Below are positions 8,348 to 16,681 of a stretch of DNA of 41,644 bases, piece after piece. The notes under the pieces are model-generated. The model was not told where the DNA came from and ran no database searches. It saw nothing but the letters and a program-made list of their open reading frames with translations. The stretch's first letter is position 1; every line of letters begins with the position of its first letter. A program made the position numbers and the translations under genes. The stretch lies in IMG/VR virus record IMGVR_UViG_3300032285_002367, positions 1 to 41,644 of that record. One strand, given 5' to 3'. This stretch comes from a virus (lineage: Duplodnaviria > Caudoviricetes).

Positions 8348-10436
8348 ATACGCTGTTTTAATCACTTGTCAGGAATATGTAGAAGTAGATGCTAAGGACG
8401 CAAGAGACGCAGAATGGGTAGCTTATCAAGATTACAGAAAAGGCGAGCTTGAGATTGAACCGCATTTTGTTTTTGTATGCGAAGAGTGCGATTTAGTGGA
8501 GGAAGAATGAAAGCTATGATTGAAGTAGATATTCCAGCAGGCAGGTCAATAGCTGAAGCACACGCTGCAGTTAAGCGGGCTTTTGATGAAGATTGGGTAT
8601 CAATATGGTGGCATATATCAGATGTCCATGAGCAAGCTAATAATTGGGATTCAGACGAACCAAACGAGATAACCGACGAGGAGGCAAGGGAAGTGCTTAG
8701 ACTTGCCGATAAGAACCATGACAGTAATGTAGGTATTTGTTGGGAAGTGCTCGAATCGTGGATTGATTATGTAGTCCAGCAAAGGAGAAAGAAAGCATGA
8801 CACGCTATCAAATGCAACATGAAATTTATACTTTGATGATGGATATTTATCCTGAATTGCAGCATCAAGAATTAGAAAACCATCTTGTTAATTTATGGAA
8901 ATGCACAGACGACTATTTAATGAAATATCTTGAAACTACAAAGGACATAGCATCATGGAAATTACATTGAATTTAGAGCAATACAACAAAATACGCCGAT
9001 TAGGAGATTTTGCCGATTGGTATTTAGAAAATATGGAAACCAGCAATAGAGCTTATCAGGCTGATAAAGAAGATATTGATTGGGCTCATGAAGTATTCCA
9101 AGAAATTGACGCAAAACTAAGGGAGAAGTTATGAACAGAGATAGCATGGTGCAACGCTTAATTCAAGATGACATCAATACGATTGGGCAGGGTTTTGAGG
9201 TAGGCGATACTGATTACTTATATGACATTCTTTTAAATAATATAGGCTATGATAAGCAGACGCTGCGAGAGATTATTGACCAATACAACGCAAGAACATG
9301 GGAAACCGAATAATGGAAAAATGCACAATTTGTAGCGTAGAGTTTTCTATTATGAAAGAGGGCGGGATTGCTGGTGAGTTTGGAATTTTACCGGTGCAAT
9401 TTTGCCCGACATGTTTATGCTGTATTTTAGATATGACAGAACAATTATTAGGAGAAGATTATGAAAGCATTTCCAAGCAGAGCACCAATTAACGCCGATT
9501 GCATTGGCATTGTAGAGAACGCCGGCATGGACTTGCTGGATTATCACGCCGCCAGAGCCCTACCCTTAGCATACGCATTTTATAAAAACGGGATTGAGAG
9601 TGATGGCTGCGTATTTGAATGGGACGGAGACGACGACGAACCAACCATTGATTTAAACCTAGTCAGTAGATACGCTTATCTTTTAGGTAAGGCTATGCTG
9701 AAAGCTAAAAATGAGCTGGGTTGATGCATACGCACAATTTATTGAACAATTATATGAAAGAAAAGAAATGAAAACATATGAAGTAGTTTTGCACTTTTCC
9801 GGCAGCCATGTTTGTTATATCTCAGCACCGGACGAAGACGAGGCGATAGATGTTGCACATGACGAGCTTGCCAATATGCACCAGCTTGATAACTTAGAAG
9901 TCATGGATGTTGAAAGCTGCGAGGATTCTGAGGACGACGAGGACGATGGATTTTGAGCTTTACTATTTACCAATCGGACGGATTAAAGGTCATACAATGG
10001 TTTAAGACTATTGATGACCTTCTTAAATCTATGCGGGAAAACCCTAATAATACATACCATAGGAACACATGAGGATATTGACCGACCGGACTACCTTATT
10101 GCAGGCAGTCGATAGATTAGAGGCTAAAGGGGGTTTTGCCAATGCACTTGGTAAAGCAGCCCTTTTAGCGGATAATGAGAACCTGAAACGCCTTGTAAAC
10201 GCTTTCCCTGAATTATTCGAGACTAAGGTCTCTCTCAGATTGATTAAATGAACGCTACGATAATCTACTTAAAAGATGGTAAAAACGGGATGGTTGAAGT
10301 CTCGATGGAAATTATCGGGCAGCCTAACCAATCTTTCCTATTGAGTAAGAACATTGGTGAAAAGTTAGCCGAGCTGAAGATTACTAAGTTTTGCGACAAT
10401 GAATTTACGCAAGAGCCGCCGGAAATGCTGCAATAA
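8340..10436 (+). other. Further coupled small hypothetical early genes (8340-8510, 8507-8800, 9131-9313, 9313-9492, 9461-9724, 9768-9956, 10069-10251, 10248-10436)
   Basis: ORF track with RBSs and overlaps; no recognisable domains. Confidence 0.65.
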
Positions 10437-11202
10437 GCAACTTCCCAGCTTCGTAAGCACCCAATCTTAATTCAGCGTCATTAAAATCTTCCTTTTCAAT
10501 ATCGGAAACCCAATGGGGATACCCTTGTGCTACCTTGATTCCTACGGGGTCATTATCAGCCACGATAACGCAGTCAGGATAAGACTTTGCCATATCTGAT
10601 AGATTACCAGCAGAGAAACATACAACGAGCTTATAGCGGGTTTTGTTGCATTTTAGAGCCCGTCTTACAGACAAGGCAGTCGCCATGCCTTCACAGAGTA
10701 TCGGGATACCCTTGTTATCCATGATATATACCGCACCTTTATTACATTGTCCGGATAAAAACCGCTTAGTCCCATCTTGGGATATGGTTTGCAGACCGGA
10801 AATATTCCCATCAATCCGCATGGGGATTACTAGATTACCCTCCCACACATACCCTTTTAACTCGGGAAAACCTTTAGCAGCTAAATACGGGTGCGTTGTC
10901 TCAGCACATTGTGAAAGTATCCAGCTTGCCCGCTTAGCTGCGGCAGCCTGCCTTTGAAGGGTAATTTCCTGAGATTTTTTGCGTTTAGCTGCTAATTGAG
11001 GGTCAGGCTTGTAGTCTTGGCCTCGCCAAAGAACGGGCTTCTCATGCTTACTCCAATCTTGAAGAGCTCCACAATTTCCAGAATAGATATACGAACCATT
11101 CCGCTTATTTGGGTGGTCTAAAGTCTTTACCCTTGTCCATCTGTCATATACGAGATGGTCGATAATTAATCCGTGCTGCTCTGCAAAAGATTCAAATGTC
11201 AT
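10405..11202 (-). CDS. Toprim-domain primase-like protein
   Basis: HPYL..KG, LVIPM, LQ.I..DG.KRFL.G, CEG.ATALS, FSAGNL and ADND Toprim motifs. Confidence 0.88.
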   Translation of the reverse strand: MTFESFAEQHGLIIDHLVYDRWTRVKTLDHPNKRNGSYIYSGNCGALQDWSKHEKPVLWRGQDYKPDPQLAAKRKKSQEITLQRQAAAAKRASWILSQCAETTHPYLAAKGFPELKGYVWEGNLVIPMRIDGNISGLQTISQDGTKRFLSGQCNKGAVYIMDNKGIPILCEGMATALSVRRALKCNKTRYKLVVCFSAGNLSDMAKSYPDCVIVADNDPVGIKVAQGYPHWVSDIEKEDFNDAELRLGAYEAGKLLIAAFPAALA

Positions 11203-12677
11203 GCTGCTTTCCTATACTGTTTTGATTTTGAATAAGCAATCATTCTGCTTTTAATCCAACTAAGGGTCTGCTGGGAAGGCGGACGGGGCTCTACCTTTAA
11301 TCCATTAGGATAAGCATCAAACTTCTCCCGATACTTAATTGCTGCCCAACCTTCTTTATATCCCTTCATGCGTCCGTAATAGACTAATTCGGAATAGAAG
11401 TGGGTATTTTGTATTTGGAGCTTCTTATTTGCCTTATCTAGCTCTTCAAGAGTGCCAGCTATGCTTATAATAGAACTTAGAGCTTGCCTGACGTGTCCAC
11501 AGGAGGAGCAAGTATTGTTCGGAGATGTCCAAAGTGCGGCACAGGCGGGACACTTCGCTGCTTTCTTTTCTCTTTCAGTAGGCTCACGCTTAGTTACTTC
11601 ACCGCCGGTCTTGAGCTCCGTTACACCGTCGTGGTATAGGCTTTCCCAATCATCCCTGAACCGCAGGAAATTGCCTGAATGGTCTAGCAGGACACCGAAA
11701 TCCTTACCATCGTGAGGTCTTAAGATGCGTCCTATTTGTTGAACATGACTACTAAAGGACTTACTAAACGGTCTAGCAGATATGCCAATACAAACATCGG
11801 AAACGTCAAAACCCCGAGTAAGAATATCAGTGGCAATAAGACCATGAATATTAGTATCAGGTTTACCGAAGTCTTCAATAGTATCTCTTTTAAAATCATC
11901 GTCTTCCTTGTATGAAATAGACACAAAGTTATAACCGGCTGCTTTAAATTGGGTTACGAGTTCCTTGCCGTGCTCTACACCAGCACAGAACACGATAGTC
12001 TTCATTGGTTTGCCGTATATCTCATAGGTTTTTTTAACCCATTCCGCAACAATATCTCCGGTAATTTGAATACCTCGGGAAGTGGCTTCTGCCTGAGACC
12101 ATTCGCCGGCAATGAATTTTGCACCGGTCATATCAATTTCTTTGGCGATATAAACCTTCAGCGGCACAACCCAACCCTCTTCCACGAGTTCCTTCATGGG
12201 AGCTGCGCCAATAACATTCGTGTAGATGTTACCAAGACCGCTAGTAAAAGGTGTGGCAGTAAGACCGACTACTTTAATTTGAGGATTCTCTTGAATGAAG
12301 TCCACAGTCGATTTATACATGACATGGCACTCATCAACGATAAGCATATCAATATCTGGAAACTTGCGGCGGGCTAAAGTTTGAGATGAACAGATTTGGA
12401 TAGGTTCAAATGGACGATTGTTCCAATGACCACCTTGTCTTACTCCATGCCGGATGCCATATTTGGTTAATCTTTTGCTGGTCTGGTCAACCAAAACTAT
12501 CCGGTCTAAAACCATCGCTACCCGCTTACCTTCAGATGCGGCTTGCTGCATGATAGCCATAGCACATTCTGTTTTGCCGAACCCTGTAACGGCACAGAGA
12601 ATTTGGCGGGTATGCTCTTTGAAACCTTCGTTTAACTTCTGGATTACTTCAGATTGATGCGAGCGTAAAACTAACAC
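11199..12677 (-). CDS. SF2 DNA helicase (RadD/YejH-like) with C-terminal zinc finger
   Basis: TGFGKT, DECH, GLTATP, LTRGFD, QQIGRILR, CPAC...CSSC; AGGAG RBS before GTG. Confidence 0.93.
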   Translation of the reverse strand: MLVLRSHQSEVIQKLNEGFKEHTRQILCAVTGFGKTECAMAIMQQAASEGKRVAMVLDRIVLVDQTSKRLTKYGIRHGVRQGGHWNNRPFEPIQICSSQTLARRKFPDIDMLIVDECHVMYKSTVDFIQENPQIKVVGLTATPFTSGLGNIYTNVIGAAPMKELVEEGWVVPLKVYIAKEIDMTGAKFIAGEWSQAEATSRGIQITGDIVAEWVKKTYEIYGKPMKTIVFCAGVEHGKELVTQFKAAGYNFVSISYKEDDDFKRDTIEDFGKPDTNIHGLIATDILTRGFDVSDVCIGISARPFSKSFSSHVQQIGRILRPHDGKDFGVLLDHSGNFLRFRDDWESLYHDGVTELKTGGEVTKREPTEREKKAAKCPACAALWTSPNNTCSSCGHVRQALSSIISIAGTLEELDKANKKLQIQNTHFYSELVYYGRMKGYKEGWAAIKYREKFDAYPNGLKVEPRPPSQQTLSWIKSRMIAYSKSKQYRKAA

Positions 12678-12739
12678 TAAGAACTCCTAACTGCCAAGAA
12701 ACCGCTTGGCATCGGGGGAAATACGGTTTATGTGAAGTG

Positions 12740-13141
12740 TTATACAGGTTTTTTTAAGTCGCCGAGCCGACTTTGTAAGTCCCCCCGATATATAAATGAT
12801 TGAACCTTTTGTCTTACTGTAATCTTATCTAGCTCAACATACCATTCGTGTTTATACCTATACTTTTTAACTAGACAATTACCTAAATCTATGTCCTCAT
12901 CAGAGTCATGCCAGCATACGATAAGTAAGGACTCACGAGCATAGCCAACCACATCACAAAGCCGCTCTAAAGCAAGTCTTTGTCCTAAATCCATTTCCTT
13001 ATTGCCACGCTTGGCTTCAATAAAAATAAAGTATTTGTCATTGACTTCCATAAAGGCATCAATGTCAGTAGGGTATTTGGTATCAAACCGCAGATTCTCG
13101 AATACGCATTTTTGGTGAAAGCCGTGCTGGTCTTTTATCAC
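12740..13141 (-). CDS. Hypothetical protein, possible PD-(D/E)XK fold
   Basis: TDID...FIFIEAKR resembles D...E.K catalytic spacing. Confidence 0.55.
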   Translation of the reverse strand: MIKDQHGFHQKCVFENLRFDTKYPTDIDAFMEVNDKYFIFIEAKRGNKEMDLGQRLALERLCDVVGYARESLLIVCWHDSDEDIDLGNCLVKKYRYKHEWYVELDKITVRQKVQSFIYRGDLQSRLGDLKKPV

Positions 13142-13898
13142 TTTGCTTTACTCTTCCAATAGTTTATTTGACCGACCGATTGGGCATTCTTGGTCTGATA
13201 GAAATCACGGGAGGCTTGCAATGCTTTAATCTCCGCAGCTTGAGCCGCAATCTTGTTTTGAAGTTCCTCAATGATAGCTTCAGCATCCCATTCCTCACCG
13301 AGTATTTCTTTCTCAAGTTCAAGTATCGTCTTCTCATTCATTTCAAACTTCTGAGAGCCTGCTCCAGCTGATGTTGTGTTGCTTTACTGTTATTAACAAT
13401 TCTTTGTGCTTCATTACAGCGTTCTTTCCAACGAATAACTTGCTGGACTGAACCATTTTTTACGGCGTCCGGAATTTTGCTCATTTGTTCTTGTATTTGT
13501 TTTCTAATGTCATTCATTTCTCTTGTGTCTTTCTTAGTATTGCTCTAGCGAACGCAATGTAATCTTCATCTTCCATTGAAATTGTTTGAGGTAAAAACTC
13601 CATTTCTTTTAATATTTCCTCATCTGTTAGTGTCTTTGCTGGATGGATGTAGAGTGGAATGGTGTAGCCACCTTCAAATCTTGTATGTTCGTCAGGATGG
13701 ATGGCATCCATAAAAGTATTGCCCTTAAACATAGCCCACGCTACTGGCTCATTGTTCATTTAACTGCTCCACCAAAGCAGCAATCTCTTCAGACTGCAGA
13801 CGCAATACTTTAATTGCTTCTTGAATAAGCTCTAACCCCTTTACATGGGGATTTCCATAACGCTGGTCTAACGCCTCAATTAGTTCATTTGTATTCAT
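13138..13898 (-). other. Four coupled small genes (13138-13341, 13338-13517, 13514-13759, 13749-13898)
   Basis: ATGA overlaps; two (59 and 49 aa) are below the ORF-track cutoff and were translated by hand. Confidence 0.65.
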
Positions 13899-14059
13899 TT
13901 CACATCCAATACGTCACTTGCCTTGATGCCACGCTTTTCAAGGGCTTGCTTTAGTTTTTCCAATGCTTGTTTCTCATAATAGTTGACGTAAGAACGATGC
14001 ATCCCTAGCCTGTCTGCTACTTCTTGCTGCGTCATATGGTAATAGTCTTTTTGATTCAT
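13895..14059 (-). CDS. Small HTH protein (sigma70 region 4 / Cro-like), 54 aa
   Basis: Not in track. MTQQEVADRLGMHRSYVNYYEKQALEKLK; AAAGGA RBS; first gene of the replication operon. Confidence 0.75.
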   Translation of the reverse strand: MNQKDYYHMTQQEVADRLGMHRSYVNYYEKQALEKLKQALEKRGIKASDVLDVK

Positions 14060-14139
14060 ACGTTGTCCTTTCGTTTGCTCGGTCTTTTACTGTATGCCCG
14101 CTTTTTTAGTATTCCTATAGGTGTTTTCCACTACCAATC

Positions 14140-14440
14140 CGTCTTCTCTCATAGGACAGGACGAGAGGGTGATAAGCACATAGGATAAATATGTGTATTC
14201 ACCGCATCTTCAGCCGACTTTCGTCCACTGCTCCCTGAGGTACTGTTCGTCTTCCAGAGCGCCTATCAACTAGAGTCGGCCATACTCCCCTACATCACCC
14301 ATCATGCTCTGTTCGTGTGGATACCCAGTCAAGTCCCACTGCGCCGTCCTGTCAAATCTTTCGATATAAGCGCAACCTGTCTTTAATATCTCGGTCATTA
14401 GATATATCCATGTAAGGTAGCTGGATGAACCGTCTGTATC
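14140..14440 (-). ncRNA. Candidate large structured RNA (or structured origin element)
   Basis: No ORF. Nested perfect helices 14155-63/14345-53, 14167-73/14294-300, 14213-19/14274-80, 14177-82/14190-95; GAAA tetraloop hairpins on the minus strand. Confidence 0.55.
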
Positions 14441-14447
14441 GTCGCTC

Positions 14448-14600
14448 TACGGCGGAAAAGGAAAAACCTCATAGGGTATGAAGTCTGATTGGACATTCGC
14501 TTATGTTTACTTCCCGCCACCTAAACATAAAAGAACAGTTCAGACCCCATACAATATGAGGCTTACGGCGGAAAGTTTAACATAAAAGAACCGTCCAAAG
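14448..14600 (-). ncRNA. c4/CI-like antisense RNA or attenuator element
   Basis: Long interrupted hairpin 14467-14561 whose loop and bulge are complementary to flanking repeats at 14448-58, 14564-74 and 14593-98; followed by a U-rich tract on the minus strand. Confidence 0.6.
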
Positions 14601-14617
14601 TCCGTTTACGCAAATGA

Positions 14618-14626
14618 AGTGTATCA
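14618..14626 (-). promoter_or_regulatory. Extended -10 promoter for the replication leader
   Basis: Minus-strand TGATACACT. Confidence 0.5.
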
Positions 14627-14762
14627 CAAGATTTAAAAAAAGTGGAGCTGTCGCAAATATAAAGCAGACATTTAAGCACCTTTGTCACTCCGAAACATCC
14701 TCACGAGATGAACTTTTATTATAATACCGGTCGTTTTGCATAGTATTAGGGTTTACCCTACA

Positions 14763-14791
14763 TTGCACTGCAACATAATGTGTAATATAAT
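14763..14791 (+). promoter_or_regulatory. Sigma70 promoter with palindromic operator over -35
   Basis: TTGCAC-N17-TATAAT; palindrome TTGCACTGCAA at 14763-14773; TAGGGTTTACCCTA immediately upstream (14747-14760). Confidence 0.75.
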
Positions 14792-14824
14792 AAACAAATC
14801 AACAACTAACCTATGGAGAAAACC

Positions 14825-14953
14825 ATGTTTTCATTTGAAGAGCAATACAAAAAGTTTGAAGAATTAAACGAGCGCACCAAGCAAGCCTATGAGTTTTGGG
14901 TCAAAGCGGTCACTTCTACAGTAGAAGATTTCTTCAAGCCTAGAAAGAAATAA
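14825..14953 (+). CDS. 42-aa amphipathic helical protein in a stand-alone transcription unit
   Basis: Not in track. GGAG RBS; MFSFEEQYKKFEELNERTKQAYEFWVKAVTSTVEDFFKPRKK; has its own promoter and terminator. Confidence 0.75.
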   Translation: MFSFEEQYKKFEELNERTKQAYEFWVKAVTSTVEDFFKPRKK

Positions 14954-14972
14954 GCTAGATTCTTTCTACAGA

Positions 14973-14995
14973 AAGGGGGCTTTGCTCCCTTTTTT
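14973..14995 (+). terminator. Rho-independent terminator
   Basis: AAGGGGGC-TTT-GCTCCCTT stem followed by a T run. Confidence 0.8.
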
Positions 14996-15018
14996 GTTTC
15001 TCAAAGTTTACAAAACTA

Positions 15019-15264
15019 CCGATATATACACCTGTATACACCGAAATAGATATACATCGGACAACACCTTCTAGAAAAAACGCTGTAAGTGCATGAAATT
15101 TCAATAAAAAATCATGCAAACATAGGACATTGTCAGGCATAGCAAAAAGTTTCCCGAACGGGAAAAATTGATGAAAAAGTAGGCAAAAATAGAAAAATAT
15201 TCCCGAACGGGAAATTAGTACCTTTGAGTAGCAAATTAAAGAAGTCTTTAATACCTTTAGGTAT
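15019..15264. repeat. Cluster of paired operator-like palindromes
   Basis: TTCCCGAACGGGAA x2 (15151, 15200); TGCATGA..TCATGCA (15090-15118); CCGATATATA..TATACATCGG (15019-15060); TACCTTTGAGTA and TACCTTTAGGTA (15219, 15252). Confidence 0.8.
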
Positions 15265-15607
15265 CATTTAAGTATTCTTTAATAGTAACTTGGCAGCCGC
15301 CACCTTTAATTTTGTCGCCCCGCTCTACTGTTAGTTTCCATACCTGCTGGTCGTCGTCATAAATTATTCCATTCATGGAATCTAGGACGCACTTGCAAAT
15401 GTTATCTATGTCCAGCAGCCGCTTGTCTCTTGGGTAAAGGATGATGGATACCTCTACCGGCTTATCTCCAAATGTAGCAACGTTCCTACATATTTCTTGA
15501 ACGGCTTTTTTAAATTCCATTCCACGCTTGGAAATGTACCGGCGATGACCGCTAGCCAGCCAATAAGCGTTGACGCTACAAGGATAAGGAAACGTTAGGG
15601 TAAGCAC
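15257..15607 (-). CDS. rusA: RusA-like Holliday junction resolvase
   Basis: P..SVNAYW, DIDNI.K..LDS..G..YDDD.QV motifs. Confidence 0.92.
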   Translation of the reverse strand: MLTLTFPYPCSVNAYWLASGHRRYISKRGMEFKKAVQEICRNVATFGDKPVEVSIILYPRDKRLLDIDNICKCVLDSMNGIIYDDDQQVWKLTVERGDKIKGGGCQVTIKEYLNDT

Positions 15608-15642
15608 TGATACAACACATGAGAGAAAGTGGGTACGATGTA

Positions 15643-15671
15643 TTGACTTGTCATATTGAAAGCATTATATT
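15643..15671 (+). promoter_or_regulatory. Sigma70 promoter of the rightward middle operon
   Basis: TTGACT-N17-TATATT, then AGGAG and ATG 15692 (35-aa hydrophobic ORF 15692-15799). Confidence 0.7.
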
Positions 15672-15783
15672 GGACTTAGAGGAGACTGTCTATGAATGAT
15701 ACTTTAATGAGCATTGCAGCTGCGTCTATTGTTGTAGTCTTTGCGATTGTGTTCTTTCTTTGTGTGCTCATAGGCAACCGTGT

Positions 15784-16681
15784 ATGGTCTTGGTTATAAA
15801 ATATTTTGTAATTTGTTTTTCAATTGTTCTTTGTTCCTATGTGTTACATGTAACGCACGACCCTAAGATTGTGTACGCCTGTTCCGAGGTAACAGAGGAC
15901 GACCCTATTGATGTCCAAAGGAAATGTTATGGAAATAAAGTTAGAAATCACCAGAGAGAATGAAGATGGCTCAGCAGATGCAACGGTTCACTTTGACAAA
16001 GAAGGATTGGCTTTCTTGGTTCAAGAAGGAATTATCGCAATCCTATGGCAGTACATTAAACAACAGGAAACCCATGGCAAGAAGACTGTCAAAAGCAAAG
16101 AGGATAGAAAACCTAATAAACCCGTCAGTTCAAGAGGCGTTAGAGCGAGAGCAAAGAAACTACAACTTTGATTTGCATCAGATAGTAGGACGCACTAGCC
16201 GTAGTGCTTCAGAGGCTTTTAAGGACGCTGAATATGCATATGCTATTCATAAGTTTGATGATGACTGGGCTTGGATGGTGCGGCGTTTTTATAAACCCAC
16301 AATGGATTTTGTAATGTCGGCATTTTTAGGTGGGATGGCTGTAGGATTTATTTACTGGATAACAAGATGAAAACACGATTTGATTTAGAGGACGAGATAT
16401 TTTCCGTAGAGCAGACCGGCAAAGATATCGAGATGCTGTTTAAAACCTACGGCGACCGGTCTTGGCCTATGACTGAAGATGAGGTAATGAATGCCCTTCT
16501 TGGAATCTATACGCTCCATGAGATGCGCTGCTATTGGTTAGACGATACTTACAAACAAGTCCACCAGCTTAACGAGTACGCAACTCCGGAAGTAAAAGCC
16601 CGCCGAGAAGAGCTTATGGGCAAGATTTTAAAGAAAAAGAAAAAGAAGAAAAAAGAAATAGACATAGATGGGCGCTGCTAA
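15784..16681 (+). other. Hypothetical middle genes (about 15784-15963, 15929-16171, 16074-16370, 16367-16681)
   Basis: ORF track; starts uncertain. Confidence 0.55.

Noticed and set aside
13338-13517. Apparent frameshift in a small gene
   Set aside because: Re-reading gives an intact 59-aa frame from ATG 13517 (QQSYRWK) with ATGA overlaps.
14190-14225. Hammerhead core (CUGAAGA and GAAA on the minus strand)
   Set aside because: Could not build stems I-III around the core motifs.
14636-14712. tRNA gene
   Set aside because: No T-loop GTTCRA or cloverleaf; kept only as an sRNA candidate.
14955-15140. 61-aa minus-strand ORF
   Set aside because: No clear RBS, and it overlaps a terminator and the palindrome array; likely spurious.
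16628-16657. Poly-lysine A-rich tract as a slippage or phase-variation site
   Set aside because: Mixed AAG/AAA codons and an intact frame coupled to the next gene.
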